Shown: positions 1-13,192, counted from the first letter of the stretch. The stretch is 64,000 nt of DNA from an uncultured Alphaproteobacteria bacterium (GCA_963791765.1 CAWBTL010000005.1:302235-366234); one strand, 5' to 3'. A program made the numbers and translations. The notes: a model not told the origin generated them from the sequence alone.

Positions 1-701
1 CAGCGAATAACTGGCTCGCGGTCTTTAAGAAGCTGATGTCATATGCTGTTGATGCCGAGTGGCGAGACGACAATCCGGCAATGGGTATCTCACTTCTCAC
101 AACGGGCGAACACGAGCCTTGGCCAACCGAAGTGCTTAATGACGCACTCGAACATGCATCTCTGATGATGAGGCTTACCATCGTTACCGGCCTATGTAGC
201 GGGGCAAGAGTTAGCGACGCAATCAAGATGCAACACAATTGGCATGACGGTCACATCATGCGATTCGTCACATCGAAGGCCGTCGGGCGCGAGAAAAAGG
301 GCGTAGCGGTCGCTGTCCCGATGCATCCAATCTGGCTTTCAGCAATTGACGCGATTCCTCGCGTTGGTCCTACGCTCCTTTATGATCGCTCTGGAGAGCC
401 GTTTTCCAGTGCCAAGGCCATACAAGCGCGAATGCGGACATTGATGGAATCCATTGGCTCACCAACATATATGAGCAATGGAAAAGCCCGTCTCTATAGC
501 TTTCATGGCCTTAGAAAAAATGCAGCATGCTATTTGGCGGAATTGGGCCTCAACGATAGTGAGATCGGCGCAATTTGCGGCATGACGCCTGATACAGTCC
601 GTCACTATACCAAGCGCGCTCGGTCGCTGACGATCGCCCGCACTGTGGCAGACAAAATCACCCGGGGGGACGTCTTACCCACTTCGGGGGGACGGAATTA
701 A
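1..701 (+). CDS. Tyrosine recombinase/phage integrase, C-terminal catalytic part (5' truncated by window edge)
   Basis: Frame is open from the window start (ANNWLAVFKKLM...). Motifs GARVSD (Arg), HGLRK (HxxR) and terminal RHYT (Tyr). Ends 32 bp from the tRNA 3' end. Confidence 0.9.
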   Translation, partial: ANNWLAVFKKLMSYAVDAEWRDDNPAMGISLLTTGEHEPWPTEVLNDALEHASLMMRLTIVTGLCSGARVSDAIKMQHNWHDGHIMRFVTSKAVGREKKGVAVAVPMHPIWLSAIDAIPRVGPTLLYDRSGEPFSSAKAIQARMRTLMESIGSPTYMSNGKARLYSFHGLRKNAACYLAELGLNDSEIGAICGMTPDTVRHYTKRARSLTIARTVADKITRGDVLPTSGGRN

Positions 702-733
702 CAATGGAAGGAAAATACCATGCAAAAACAATA

Positions 734-808
734 TGGTGACCCCTACGGGAATCGAACCCGTGTTTCAGCCGTGAAAGGGCCGCGTCCTAACCGCTAGACG
801 AAGGGGCC
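734..808 (-). tRNA. tRNA-Glu (anticodon TTC), CCA encoded
   Basis: Reverse complement GGCCCCTTCGTCTAGCGGTTAGGACGCGGCCCTTTCACGGCTGAAACACGGGTTCGATTCCCGTAGGGGTCACCA; acceptor stem, TTC anticodon and GTTCGA T-loop present. Confidence 0.97.
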
Positions 809-902
809 ATGCCGGCAAGCGCCGTTGGCAAGGTGAGGGCCATTAGGCAAGGCCGGGGAAAGGGTCAAGTGTTGTGTCGATGGCGGCCGCGGCTGGCACC
901 GC

Positions 903-2702
903 CTAATCCGCCCAGGCGGCATCATCGATATGCAGCTCGGCCTGGACCCGGCTGGACCAGTCGTCGATCTTTGCCCGGCCCGCCAGCCAGAAGCGGCGGT
1001 GCTGAGCGCCGTGGAGCAGCGCCTGGCCCATGTCGCTTTCGGCCGCCCTGAAAGCGACGGCCTTGAAGCTACCGCCGTCCTCGCCGCGTACGATCAGCCG
1101 GACGTGATCCTTGCCGACCACGTCCGCCTTGACCAGCCGCAGCGGGCCGATGGCAATGCGCGGGCCGGGCCAGCCCATGCCGAATGGTCCGGCGCTTTCC
1201 AGCGTGGTGACCAGTTCGGGCTGCAGTCCGCGCGGGGCCAGCGCCAGGTCGAGCAGCAGCGCCTGGTTGGCCGAAGCCGCTGCCACCGCCGCGCCCAGCC
1301 GGGTGTCGAGCCAATCGCCCAGCGCGTCGAGCTGGCCGGGCGCGATGGTCAGCCCCGCCGCCATGGCGTGACCGCCGCCGGCAATGAGCAGCCCGGCCTC
1401 GCGTGCGGCGATGATCTCTGCGCCAAGATCGACTCCGGCGATCGAGCGGCCCGATCCCTTGCCATTGCCGTCCGCGTCGGCATCAAGCGCGATGACGATG
1501 GCGGGTTTGCCGCACTTCTCCTTGACCCGCCCGGCGACGATGCCGATCACCCCGGGATGCCAGCCAAGCCCGGCGAGCAGCAGCACCGCGCGGTTGTGTT
1601 GCCCGGCGATCTGCGCTTCGGCCTCTTCCTGGACCACGGCTTCGATGCCGCGGCGTTCCTCGTTGAGGCGCGAGAGCTGTTCGGCCAGCGCGCGGGCTTC
1701 CTCCGGGTCTTCGGTGATCAGCAGGCGCACCCCCAGCGTCGATTCGCCGACCCGCCCGCCGGCATTGATGCGCGGGCCGAGTGCGAAGCCCAGATCGCTG
1801 CAGGCCGGCGCGCGGGTGAGGCGGCTGGCGTCGATCAGCGCGGACATGCCCACATTCTCGCGCCGCGCCATGACCTTCAGCCCCTGCGCCACGAAAGCGC
1901 GGTTGAGGCCGCGCAACGAGGCGACGTCGGCAACCGTGCCCAGCGCCACCAGATCGAGCAGGCCGAACAGGTCAGGCTCCTTACGGCCCTCGAAAAAGCC
2001 GCGCTGGCGCAGCGCCCGCAGCGTGGCAACTGCCAGCAGGAAAGCGACACCGACGGCGGCGAGGTGGCCATGCGCGGCGCCGATATCGCCCTCGTCGAGC
2101 CGGTTGGGATTGACCAGCGCGGCGGTCACCGGCAGCTCGGCGGAGCATTTGTGGTGATCGACGACGATGACATCGACCCCGGCGTCATGCGCCTGTGCCA
2201 GCGCTTCATGCGCCATTGCCCCGCAATCGACGGTGACGATCAGGCTGCTGCCCTGCTCGGCGATCCGCACCAGCGCCTCCCCCGAGGGGCCGTAACCCTC
2301 GAGCAGGCGGTCGGGGATGTAATAGTGCGCCGCCAGCCCCAGCGACCGCAGCAGCCGGATCAGCAGCGCCGCGCTGGTAGCGCCATCGACATCGTAGTCG
2401 CCGTAGATGGTGACGGTTTCGCCAGTGAGCACGGCCTGCGCCAGCCGTTCGGCGGCTGCGTCCATGTCGCGAAATTCGGAGGGGTTGGGCAGGAAGGCGC
2501 GCAGCGATGGGCTGCGGTGGCGATCTATATCCTCGCGCGCCACTCCGCGTGACAGCAGCAGCTGCGAGACGATGTCGTCCTCCAGCCCGGCCGGGCCTTC
2601 GATCCGCGCGCTTCCAAGGTCCATGTTGCCGCCCCGCCAGCGCCACGCCTTGCCGCTCAGCGAGCTGTCGATGCCGAAGATGGATGCGGGGGTTGAAGCC
2701 AT
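903..2702 (-). CDS. recJ: ssDNA-specific exonuclease RecJ
   Basis: GDYDVDG, TVDCG, DHH, PRINAGGR and GGGHAMAAG motifs of the DHH family RecJ. Confidence 0.96.
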   Translation of the reverse strand: MASTPASIFGIDSSLSGKAWRWRGGNMDLGSARIEGPAGLEDDIVSQLLLSRGVAREDIDRHRSPSLRAFLPNPSEFRDMDAAAERLAQAVLTGETVTIYGDYDVDGATSAALLIRLLRSLGLAAHYYIPDRLLEGYGPSGEALVRIAEQGSSLIVTVDCGAMAHEALAQAHDAGVDVIVVDHHKCSAELPVTAALVNPNRLDEGDIGAAHGHLAAVGVAFLLAVATLRALRQRGFFEGRKEPDLFGLLDLVALGTVADVASLRGLNRAFVAQGLKVMARRENVGMSALIDASRLTRAPACSDLGFALGPRINAGGRVGESTLGVRLLITEDPEEARALAEQLSRLNEERRGIEAVVQEEAEAQIAGQHNRAVLLLAGLGWHPGVIGIVAGRVKEKCGKPAIVIALDADADGNGKGSGRSIAGVDLGAEIIAAREAGLLIAGGGHAMAAGLTIAPGQLDALGDWLDTRLGAAVAAASANQALLLDLALAPRGLQPELVTTLESAGPFGMGWPGPRIAIGPLRLVKADVVGKDHVRLIVRGEDGGSFKAVAFRAAESDMGQALLHGAQHRRFWLAGRAKIDDWSSRVQAELHIDDAAWAD

Positions 2703-2824
2703 TGGGCCGGATTAACCCATCGCCGCCGGCGCGCAAAGCGCGGCGCATCGCTTTGACGTGGATTGACAATTAATGGTCACAGGCGTTCGCTATGGCTGTC
2801 GTCCTTTCAGGGGAGAGACTCGCC

Positions 2825-4042
2825 ATGAAATCCAGTCAGATCATCGCTGTCGCCGCCGCCGCCGCCGCCATCGCCGCCATTCCTATCCTCGCCCAGCAGC
2901 GACCCGCCAGCGGTCCGGTTGCCCGGTACGACATGCGCGCGGGGACAATTTCCGGGATGGGCGCGATGGGCGGACGCGGCGGCGGCATGTTCGGCATGAT
3001 GACGGGCGGCGGCCGCAGCAATAATGTCCAGCACGAACTGCTGCTGCGGCTGGGTTCGACGCGCCCGCCCGACAAGGGTGCGGCCAAGGCGGATCACTTC
3101 ATGCCGCCGGGCGTCAAACTCGGCAAATCGGTGGCGCTGGTGACCCCGCGCGAGGAACGCGGTCCCGTCGATGGGTTGCCTGAAAAGCCCCAGGGGCGGA
3201 TGCTGATCTACTGGGGCTGCGGCGAACACGCGCCCAAGGGCCAGCCGGTGGTGATCGATTTCGCCAGGCTCGCCGCCGGGCAGGTGCCGCCAGGGTTGTG
3301 GAGCACTTCGATCATCCGTGACTGGGGTCCGACGCTGCAAAATAGCCGCAGCTTCGGACGCTGGCCGGCGGAAGACGGCAAATACGCCAAGCCTGACAGC
3401 GCGCTGCCCGGGGCGCACCGGGTGGCCGGTAATTATTCTCCGGAGATCGCCTTTACCCTCGCCAGGGACTTCATGACGCCGCTGCGTTCGACCACGGCGG
3501 CCAGGCCCAGCGGGGCGACCTTGCTGAGCTGGACCGGCATTGCCGACGCTACCGGCTATATCGCCACGCTGTTCGGCGGCAAGCAGGGGCCGGGCGGCAG
3601 AATGGGCGACATGGTGATGTGGTCCAGCAGCGCCAGCCGCCAATTCGGCGGCGGGCTGAGCGACTGGCTGACGCCGGGCCAGGTCGCGCCGCTGGTACGC
3701 GATCGCACGGTGATGGCTCCGGCCTCAACCAGCTGCATCATCCCCGCCGAGGTCAAGCGCGATGCGCCCGACTTCCGCTTCGGCACGCTGACCGCCTTCG
3801 GCCCGATGGAGGAATTCTCCTACCCGCCGCGTCCGGCCAATCCCAAGCTGGCGTGGAACCTTGAATGGACCGCGAGGATCCGTCATCGCTCCAGCACCAG
3901 CTGGATGGAAGCGCAGGGCATGACCATGGGCGCACAGGGCGATACCGCCGCGCCGCCGCAGGAATGCAAGCCCAAGCGCGGCCTCGGCGGCGGACTGGGC
4001 GGCGTGCTCGGCGGGGTGCTGGGCGGCGGTGGCGGTTGCTAG
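2825..4042 (+). CDS. Hypothetical secreted protein with Gly-rich C-terminus
   Basis: ATG at 2825 after a GGGAGAG RBS; signal-peptide-like MKSSQIIAVAAAAAAIAAIPILAQ; about 400 aa. Confidence 0.75.
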   Translation: MKSSQIIAVAAAAAAIAAIPILAQQRPASGPVARYDMRAGTISGMGAMGGRGGGMFGMMTGGGRSNNVQHELLLRLGSTRPPDKGAAKADHFMPPGVKLGKSVALVTPREERGPVDGLPEKPQGRMLIYWGCGEHAPKGQPVVIDFARLAAGQVPPGLWSTSIIRDWGPTLQNSRSFGRWPAEDGKYAKPDSALPGAHRVAGNYSPEIAFTLARDFMTPLRSTTAARPSGATLLSWTGIADATGYIATLFGGKQGPGGRMGDMVMWSSSASRQFGGGLSDWLTPGQVAPLVRDRTVMAPASTSCIIPAEVKRDAPDFRFGTLTAFGPMEEFSYPPRPANPKLAWNLEWTARIRHRSSTSWMEAQGMTMGAQGDTAAPPQECKPKRGLGGGLGGVLGGVLGGGGGC

Positions 4043-4509
4043 CGATCGTCTGGCACAGCCGGACCGGTGCTGCCCGCGCCATGGCCGAAGCTGCGCTGGA
4101 AGGGGCTGGCGAGGGCGCTGTTCTGATTGCGGCGGATGCGGCCGGGCCGGAAGAACTGCTGGCGGCGAGTGGCTACCTGTTCGTTTGCCCCGAAAATCTC
4201 GCCGGGCTTACCGGTGTCATGAAGGAGCTGTTCGACCGCTGCTATTACCCGCTGCTTGGCCGGATCGAGGGCCGGCCCTATGCCACTGCAATCGCCGCCG
4301 GATCGGACGGCCACGGTGCGCAGGCCCAGCTTGACCGGATCGCCACCGGCTGGCGACTGCGCCGGGTGGCAGAGCCGTTGATCGTCAATCTGGGCGCGCA
4401 GACACCGGAGCAGATCCTTGCCGCCAAGACCGTCCTCCCGCCCGATTTGCAGCGCTGCCGCGGCTTGGGCGAAGCGCTGGGAGAGGGCCTGCGGCAGGGG
4501 ATTTTCTGA
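4036..4509 (+). CDS. Flavodoxin/NAD(P)H-dependent oxidoreductase family protein
   Basis: Probable TTG start overlapping the upstream stop; HSRTG FMN-binding loop, CPENLAG and AGSDG motifs. Confidence 0.8.
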   Translation: MLAIVWHSRTGAARAMAEAALEGAGEGAVLIAADAAGPEELLAASGYLFVCPENLAGLTGVMKELFDRCYYPLLGRIEGRPYATAIAAGSDGHGAQAQLDRIATGWRLRRVAEPLIVNLGAQTPEQILAAKTVLPPDLQRCRGLGEALGEGLRQGIF

Positions 4510-4605
4510 TAGACTGATCCAATATGGCGCAATCACTCAAGCCGGGACTCGCTTGTGTGTTGATTTGGTGCCACAAACCGCCGGGGACAAGGGACGTGAA
4601 GCGGG

Positions 4606-5384
4606 ATGAGGGTCACGGGAAATAATCTGCAAGTACAGCAGCCTGCGGCTGGACTGTGTCTTGTGTTTGCGGTCGGCGATCGTCCTACGGCGGATGATAT
4701 CGAACGCCTGCTTGCCGCGCCCGCGTATCCGTCAATGCAACCGGCGATCGGTGCGCAGGTCAGCCTGAGGCCGCCAGACAGCGCAGACTGGCTTGAACTG
4801 CTAGCCAGCGGGCTTGCTTTCGATCTCACTGGTCTGGCACCGGGCGCAGCGGATACCGCGCCCGAAGCGGCGCATCTGTTCGGCGTGGACCGCGCTCTCG
4901 CCGCCTCCCCGGGTGAGGCGACTACGCTCGCGCCGGGCCCGCATATTGCCAGTGGCAGTGCGATGATGGCCATCGTCCGGGTCATGACCGGGCTGGCCGC
5001 CGGGCTGGCCCTGGCGCTGCCGGTCAAGGCAGTGTGCTGGCGTCCGGCGGGCTGCTGGATGGAGCCAGCCTATTTCGCGCGGATCGTCGAATCATGGCTT
5101 GCGGGCGGGGCCTTTCCGGCGCTGGGCCTCACCGGGCTGGAACGTGCGAAGGATGGATCGGTGACCAGCCATGGTCTGGCCTACTTCATCGGGCAGGAGT
5201 TGCGGGTCGAAACGCGAGCGGGCGAAAGTGCTGCCGATACCGCCAAACTCGCCGCGCGGGTGATTGACGAACTGGTCCGCCACGGCCCGCTCGCCGGGTC
5301 GCGGGATATGACCGGCCCGCATGGGGAGGCTCTGCGCGCCAAAACATCCGCTGATGCCCGCCTTGTCGTCGTCAGGCGCGGGGC

Positions 5385-5388
<4 letters not shown>
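4606..5388 (+). CDS. Hypothetical protein, possibly DUF4261-like C-terminus
   Basis: 260-aa ORF with coding-like composition; SHGLAYFIGQEL resembles the DUF4261 T.GL..FG..E pattern. Confidence 0.6.
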
Positions 5389-8054
<2,666 letters not shown>

Positions 8055-8059
8055 TCAAG

Positions 8060-8122
8060 TCACGCCCGGGGGCGGATAAGTCGCAGGGTCAGGCCCAAAG
8101 CCGGAAGGCGCCGAGTGGTCAT
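8060..8122 (-). promoter_or_regulatory. Putative leuA leader peptide MTTRRLPALGLTLRLIRPRA (attenuator-like)
   Basis: 20-codon ORF with 5 Leu codons ending 87 nt upstream of leuA, followed by a GC-rich hairpin (about 8014-8051). Confidence 0.7.
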
Positions 8123-8486
8123 GGGGCCAAGCTATGGGGAACGGCGCGCGGGATGTAAAGAGGGCGACAAAGGCGACACAGTGTCACCCTGTTGTCACTG
8201 CGATTATTTGGCATGAAATCAATATCCTGTGCCCGAAAGGTGACGGGTGACACATTGTCCTGAGCGGACGCCTTGTGCGGCGGCGAAGTGCATCGACGCA
8301 AGGCTGGCGCAGGGACTGTGACAGCTCGGGGGGATGTAGGAAAACGGAATGGCGGGTTTCTGTAGCGGAGGTGGGCGTTCCCGCGACTGGCAGCTGCTTT
8401 CCAAAAAACGGTGGTTGAGGGCATTCGTGACAGGCGCAGCACAGTTTTCGGTTGCCACTATATAATATTTTGTATATCCATGGCCT

Positions 8487-8828
8487 GTGACCGAGAGAAG
8501 CAAACCCGTCGAGTTTCGCGGTACGTCGTTAGCTGACCTGCGTGATTTTCCCGATGGTGCGCGTCGCGAGGCGGGTTTTCAACTGGGACTGGTCGAACTG
8601 GGCCGTGACCCGTTTGATTGGAAGCCGATGGTGAGCATCGGCAGCGGCGTCAGAGAGATACGCATTCGCGAGCCAGATGGAGCGTTCCGTGTGATTTATG
8701 TCGCGAAATTTGAAACGGCGATATTCGTGCTGCACTGTTTTCAAAAGAAAACACGGACGACGAGTCAGCAAGACATCGACCTGGCAACCCGGCGCTACAA
8801 GGATTTGGTGAAGGAATTGAAGTCATGA
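8487..8828 (+). CDS. Type II toxin, RelE/ParE (HigB/Gp49-like) family
   Basis: GTG start; GVREIRI...FRVIY...VLHCFQKKT motif; toxin-first order with an HTH partner. Confidence 0.88.
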   Translation: MTERSKPVEFRGTSLADLRDFPDGARREAGFQLGLVELGRDPFDWKPMVSIGSGVREIRIREPDGAFRVIYVAKFETAIFVLHCFQKKTRTTSQQDIDLATRRYKDLVKELKS

Positions 8829-9106
8829 AACAGGAACGATTTGCCAGTGTGTGGGATGCCATTGAGGCGACGCCTGCCGAGGCTGAGAATATGAAACTGC
8901 GGGCCTCGCTCATGCTGGCGCTGCAGGATCGGATCAAGGCTGCCGCGATGACGCAGGTTCAGGCTGCGAAACTGTTCGGCGTCACCCAGCCCCGCATCTC
9001 CGATCTGATGCGCGGCAAGATTGATCTGTTTTCTATTGATACACTGATCGCCATGCTGGCAACCGCAGGCCTCCATGTCGAAATGCACATCGCTGAGGCG
9101 GCTTGA
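8825..9106 (+). CDS. XRE-family HTH antitoxin (HigA-like)
   Basis: SVWDAI...NMKLRA.LM, TQVQAAKLFGVTQPRISDL HTH; ATGA overlap with the toxin. Confidence 0.88.
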   Translation: MKQERFASVWDAIEATPAEAENMKLRASLMLALQDRIKAAAMTQVQAAKLFGVTQPRISDLMRGKIDLFSIDTLIAMLATAGLHVEMHIAEAA

Positions 9107-9313
9107 ACGGCCCATTCCGAGGAGATTTCGGTCGTTCGCGCCCTTCACAGCTTTCCTCGAAAACTACCTTCCGTTCAGTTTTTACTTTGCGCCGTTAGTG
9201 GCCCGTTCGCTCAACGCCATCCAGAGACCCAAGGTTGGTGTTACGCTTCCAATCCCTGAGGGCACGACAGGGATTGAACGGACATAGGGTGCTTTCTGCG
9301 CGCCTACCCGCGA

Positions 9314-10447
9314 TCACTCCGCTGGGCGCGCCTTAGGGCTAGGCTTGGCCGCTCTTGGGATATCGAGCGCCGAAAGGTCAGCTTCTGGAAAGTACTTAGC
9401 GGCGAGATCTTCTGTTTCGCCCGCTTTTTCGTCCTGCACGGCCGATTTCCTCTCGCTAATCATGTCGCGCGCAACGGCGAAGCTATCATCTGGATCGATT
9501 ACAAACCTGTGCGCAAAGAATGCCTGCAGCGAATTGTAATATTGGACCTGCTGTGGACCGATCTCGATCGCTTGCCCCCCTTTGATTGCCTTTATCATCG
9601 CGGCGACAGGATCGAGATCGCGAGCGGCAACGACAGCTTCTTTCATCTGCGCGGCAGAAATCTCACCCGCCATCAGCTTCGCCAGCGCATAACCCGCCAC
9701 CTCTTTGTTGCGAGCTTCATCAGCTGCCTTCATCATGTTGCCCAACACCGCCTTGTCGTAAGCGCACAGCAGTACATCCGATGAGAGCGGCAAGTAAATT
9801 TGGATATAGGCTGCCCCAATGCCCAAATGGCCAGTATGCACGGTCTTGGGTTCGTCATTGTGAAGCACGACCGGATGATCACCGATGTAAAATGAGTGAC
9901 CAGCCGGGGCGGTCATCAAAAAGAACTCTTTCTCTGCGATTATCTCGGCATACTTCTCGATGTTCTGCACCTGGTGCCTGATGTGCTGGCGCTTAAGCCC
10001 TTCGGCGTCGAGGTCGAAAAGACCGTGTATCCGGTTCGTGTCGAGCCCCATCGAGCGCACGTGCTTCCGCATCTGTGCATCGAACCGCTCTGGAAGCAGG
10101 CGCATACCTTTGGTTCGCACGAACTGAAAGGCGACGAGCAAAGACAAATCCCCAAACTCCTCGCTCGTCCGCTCGAGAGTTTTCTCGGCCCTGATCCGTT
10201 GCACCAGTGGTGCGACATGAGACTCTACTCGGTTCGTCCAAGGCTCGATGCTGGCCAGTGTCTCGTCGTCGACCCAAAAATCGTTAAAGCGGGTCTCGCC
10301 CATGATCTTGTCAATTGAGGCTGGAAAGGAACGTTCGTTTTCGAAGTCGAATACGTGAACCTGCCTCTGTTCGGCGCGCTTTGCATCCCGGCTCAAGAAA
10401 CCGCGAAGCAGGAGTTTCGGTACATAGTGTTGATGCTGGGCAGCCAT
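9314..10447 (-). CDS. DUF4238-domain protein
   Basis: N-terminal HQHYVPKLLLRGF and internal F.IGDHPV...YLPLSSD.LL patterns; lower GC than flanking genes. Confidence 0.75.
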   Translation of the reverse strand: MAAQHQHYVPKLLLRGFLSRDAKRAEQRQVHVFDFENERSFPASIDKIMGETRFNDFWVDDETLASIEPWTNRVESHVAPLVQRIRAEKTLERTSEEFGDLSLLVAFQFVRTKGMRLLPERFDAQMRKHVRSMGLDTNRIHGLFDLDAEGLKRQHIRHQVQNIEKYAEIIAEKEFFLMTAPAGHSFYIGDHPVVLHNDEPKTVHTGHLGIGAAYIQIYLPLSSDVLLCAYDKAVLGNMMKAADEARNKEVAGYALAKLMAGEISAAQMKEAVVAARDLDPVAAMIKAIKGGQAIEIGPQQVQYYNSLQAFFAHRFVIDPDDSFAVARDMISERKSAVQDEKAGETEDLAAKYFPEADLSALDIPRAAKPSPKARPAE

Positions 10448-10728
10448 TGGAAAAAGATACACGAGAGCACCTCAAAATCCAGATCTCTCCGCAGGAAAGC
10501 TAGCAGCGCGTGCCAACCACTGAACGGCTGCTTTCGGGATGGTCCCTTGATCGAACTGGGGGTTGAGATTGTGGCGCTTTGCTGTCGCCACCTGCACCGT
10601 ATGAACGTCCGCTATTAATACTAACGGCCCAAATCCCGACAGTCCCCTCCCCCCCAACCCCCGCCATCACAAGCCCCACTTCCCATCACCCTCTTCCCCG
10701 CCCCGAAAAATCCCCTACCATCCCCCCC

Positions 10729-11868
10729 ATGACCCAAATCCGCCCCTTCACTCTCGCCGTCCCGCAAGCGCAGCTGGATGACCTCCACGCCCGCCTCGAT
10801 CTCGCCCGCTGGCCCGAGACGGAGCCGGTGGATGACTGGTCGCAAGGGGTGCCTCTCTCCGCCCTGCAGGAACTCGTCCAATACTGGCGGCATGGCTATG
10901 ACTGGCGCATCTTCGAGGCGCGGCTGAATGCGCTGGGGCAGTTCGTCACCGAGATTGACGGGCTGGACATCCACTTCCTCCACATCCGCTCGCCGCACGC
11001 CGACGCCGCGCCGCTGATCATGACCCATGGCTGGCCGGGTTCGGTGGCGGAGTTCATGGCGGTGGTGGAGCCGCTGACCGATCCCGTCGCGCATGGCGGC
11101 AGGGCGGAGGACGCCTTTCACCTCGTGATCCCGTCGCTGCCGGGCTACGGCTTTTCGGGCAAGCCCGCGCGTACCGGCTGGGGGGTCGAGCGGATCGGCC
11201 GGGCCTGGGCGGAGCTGATGGCGCGGCTGGGCTATACCCGCTGGTTCGCGCAAGGCGGCGATTGGGGGGCGATCGTCACCACGCCGATGGGTGCCATGGC
11301 GCCGCCGGGGTTGGCCGGGATCCATGTCAACATGCCCATGGCGCGGCGCACCAGCGAGGATTTCGACGATCCAAGTCCCGAAGCGCAGGCCGCGATTGCT
11401 GCGGGCGAGCATTATCAGCAGTTCGAATCGGGCTATTCGGCGCAGCAGCGCACCCGCCCGCAGACCATCGGCTATTCGCTCGTCAATTCGCCGGTGGGGC
11501 TGGCGGCGTGGATCTATGAGAAGATGATGACCTGGACCGACAATAAGGGGCGGCCCGAGGATGCGCTGTCGCGCGACGCGATTCTCGATAATATCACGCT
11601 CTACTGGCTGACGGCCTCGGGTGCGTCGGCGGCCAGGCTCTATTGGGAAAGCTTCGGTTCGATTGGCAACCCCGCGCCGGTGCTGCTGCCTGCCGGAGTG
11701 AGCAATTTCCCCAAGGAAATCAGCAAGGCCCCGCGCGAATGGGCCGAGCGGACCTATCGCAATCTGGTCTATTGGGGCGAGGTGGACAAGGGCGGGCACT
11801 TCGCCGCCTGGGAGCAGCCGGAGCTGTTTGTGGATGAGCTGCGCAAGTGCTTCGCGCTGATGCGGTGA
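10729..11868 (+). CDS. Epoxide hydrolase (alpha/beta hydrolase with EHN N-terminus)
   Basis: HGWPGS, QGGDWG nucleophile elbow and GGHFAAWEQP motifs. Confidence 0.92.
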   Translation: MTQIRPFTLAVPQAQLDDLHARLDLARWPETEPVDDWSQGVPLSALQELVQYWRHGYDWRIFEARLNALGQFVTEIDGLDIHFLHIRSPHADAAPLIMTHGWPGSVAEFMAVVEPLTDPVAHGGRAEDAFHLVIPSLPGYGFSGKPARTGWGVERIGRAWAELMARLGYTRWFAQGGDWGAIVTTPMGAMAPPGLAGIHVNMPMARRTSEDFDDPSPEAQAAIAAGEHYQQFESGYSAQQRTRPQTIGYSLVNSPVGLAAWIYEKMMTWTDNKGRPEDALSRDAILDNITLYWLTASGASAARLYWESFGSIGNPAPVLLPAGVSNFPKEISKAPREWAERTYRNLVYWGEVDKGGHFAAWEQPELFVDELRKCFALMR

Positions 11869-11894
11869 GCGGGCCGGGCGAGGGTTGCGCGTGT

Positions 11895-11967
11895 GCTTCG
11901 ACAAGCTCAGCATGAGCGGGTGTGGTGATTAACTCCAACCCCCGCTCGCCCTGAGCTTGTCGAAGGG
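11895..11967. repeat. REP-like doublet (CTTCGACAAGCTCAG / CTGAGCTTGTCGAAG)
   Basis: Inverted pair between convergent genes; same core as the 13031, 27183 and 41094 elements. Confidence 0.85.
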
Positions 11968-11995
11968 CCGCGCGCAACCCTCGCCCCAACCCCAA

Positions 11996-13024
<1,029 letters not shown>

Positions 13025-13030
13025 TTATCC

Positions 13031-13189
13031 TAGAGCGGGTTGCGCTTAATCTGCACCAGACCCGCTCATGCTGAGCTTGTCGAAGCACAGGGTTGTTACG
13101 GTGAGCTCACCGGAGCACGAGGGTCCTTCGACAAGCTCAGGATGAGCGGAAATTTGAAGTTTGATTCAGATTAAACGCAAGTTGATCTA
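13031..13189 (+). repeat. About 160-bp MITE-like element with TAGA..TTGCG.TTAATCTG terminal inverted repeats, copy 1
   Basis: Left end TAGAGCGGGTTGCGCTTAATCTG, right end CAGATTAAACGCAAGTTGATCTA; internal REP doublet; near-identical reverse copies at 27183 and 41094. Confidence 0.88.
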
Positions 13190-13192
13190 ATT

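Noticed and set aside
930-2552. Long antisense or alternate-frame ORFs (e.g. 930-2552, 6531-8216, 10621-11913, 14055-16106, 49636-50880)
   Set aside because: They shadow well-supported genes on the opposite strand, have no recognisable motifs, and are expected in high-GC DNA.
3980-4040. GGC-rich repeat encoding GLGGGLGGVLGGVLGGGGG
   Set aside because: Low-complexity protein tail, not a DNA repeat element.
8130-8480. GTGACA/TGTCAC-rich words and short ORFs between the leuA leader and the TA pair
   Set aside because: No coherent ORF or repeat unit could be defined; possibly a degraded mobile-element end, but unsupported.
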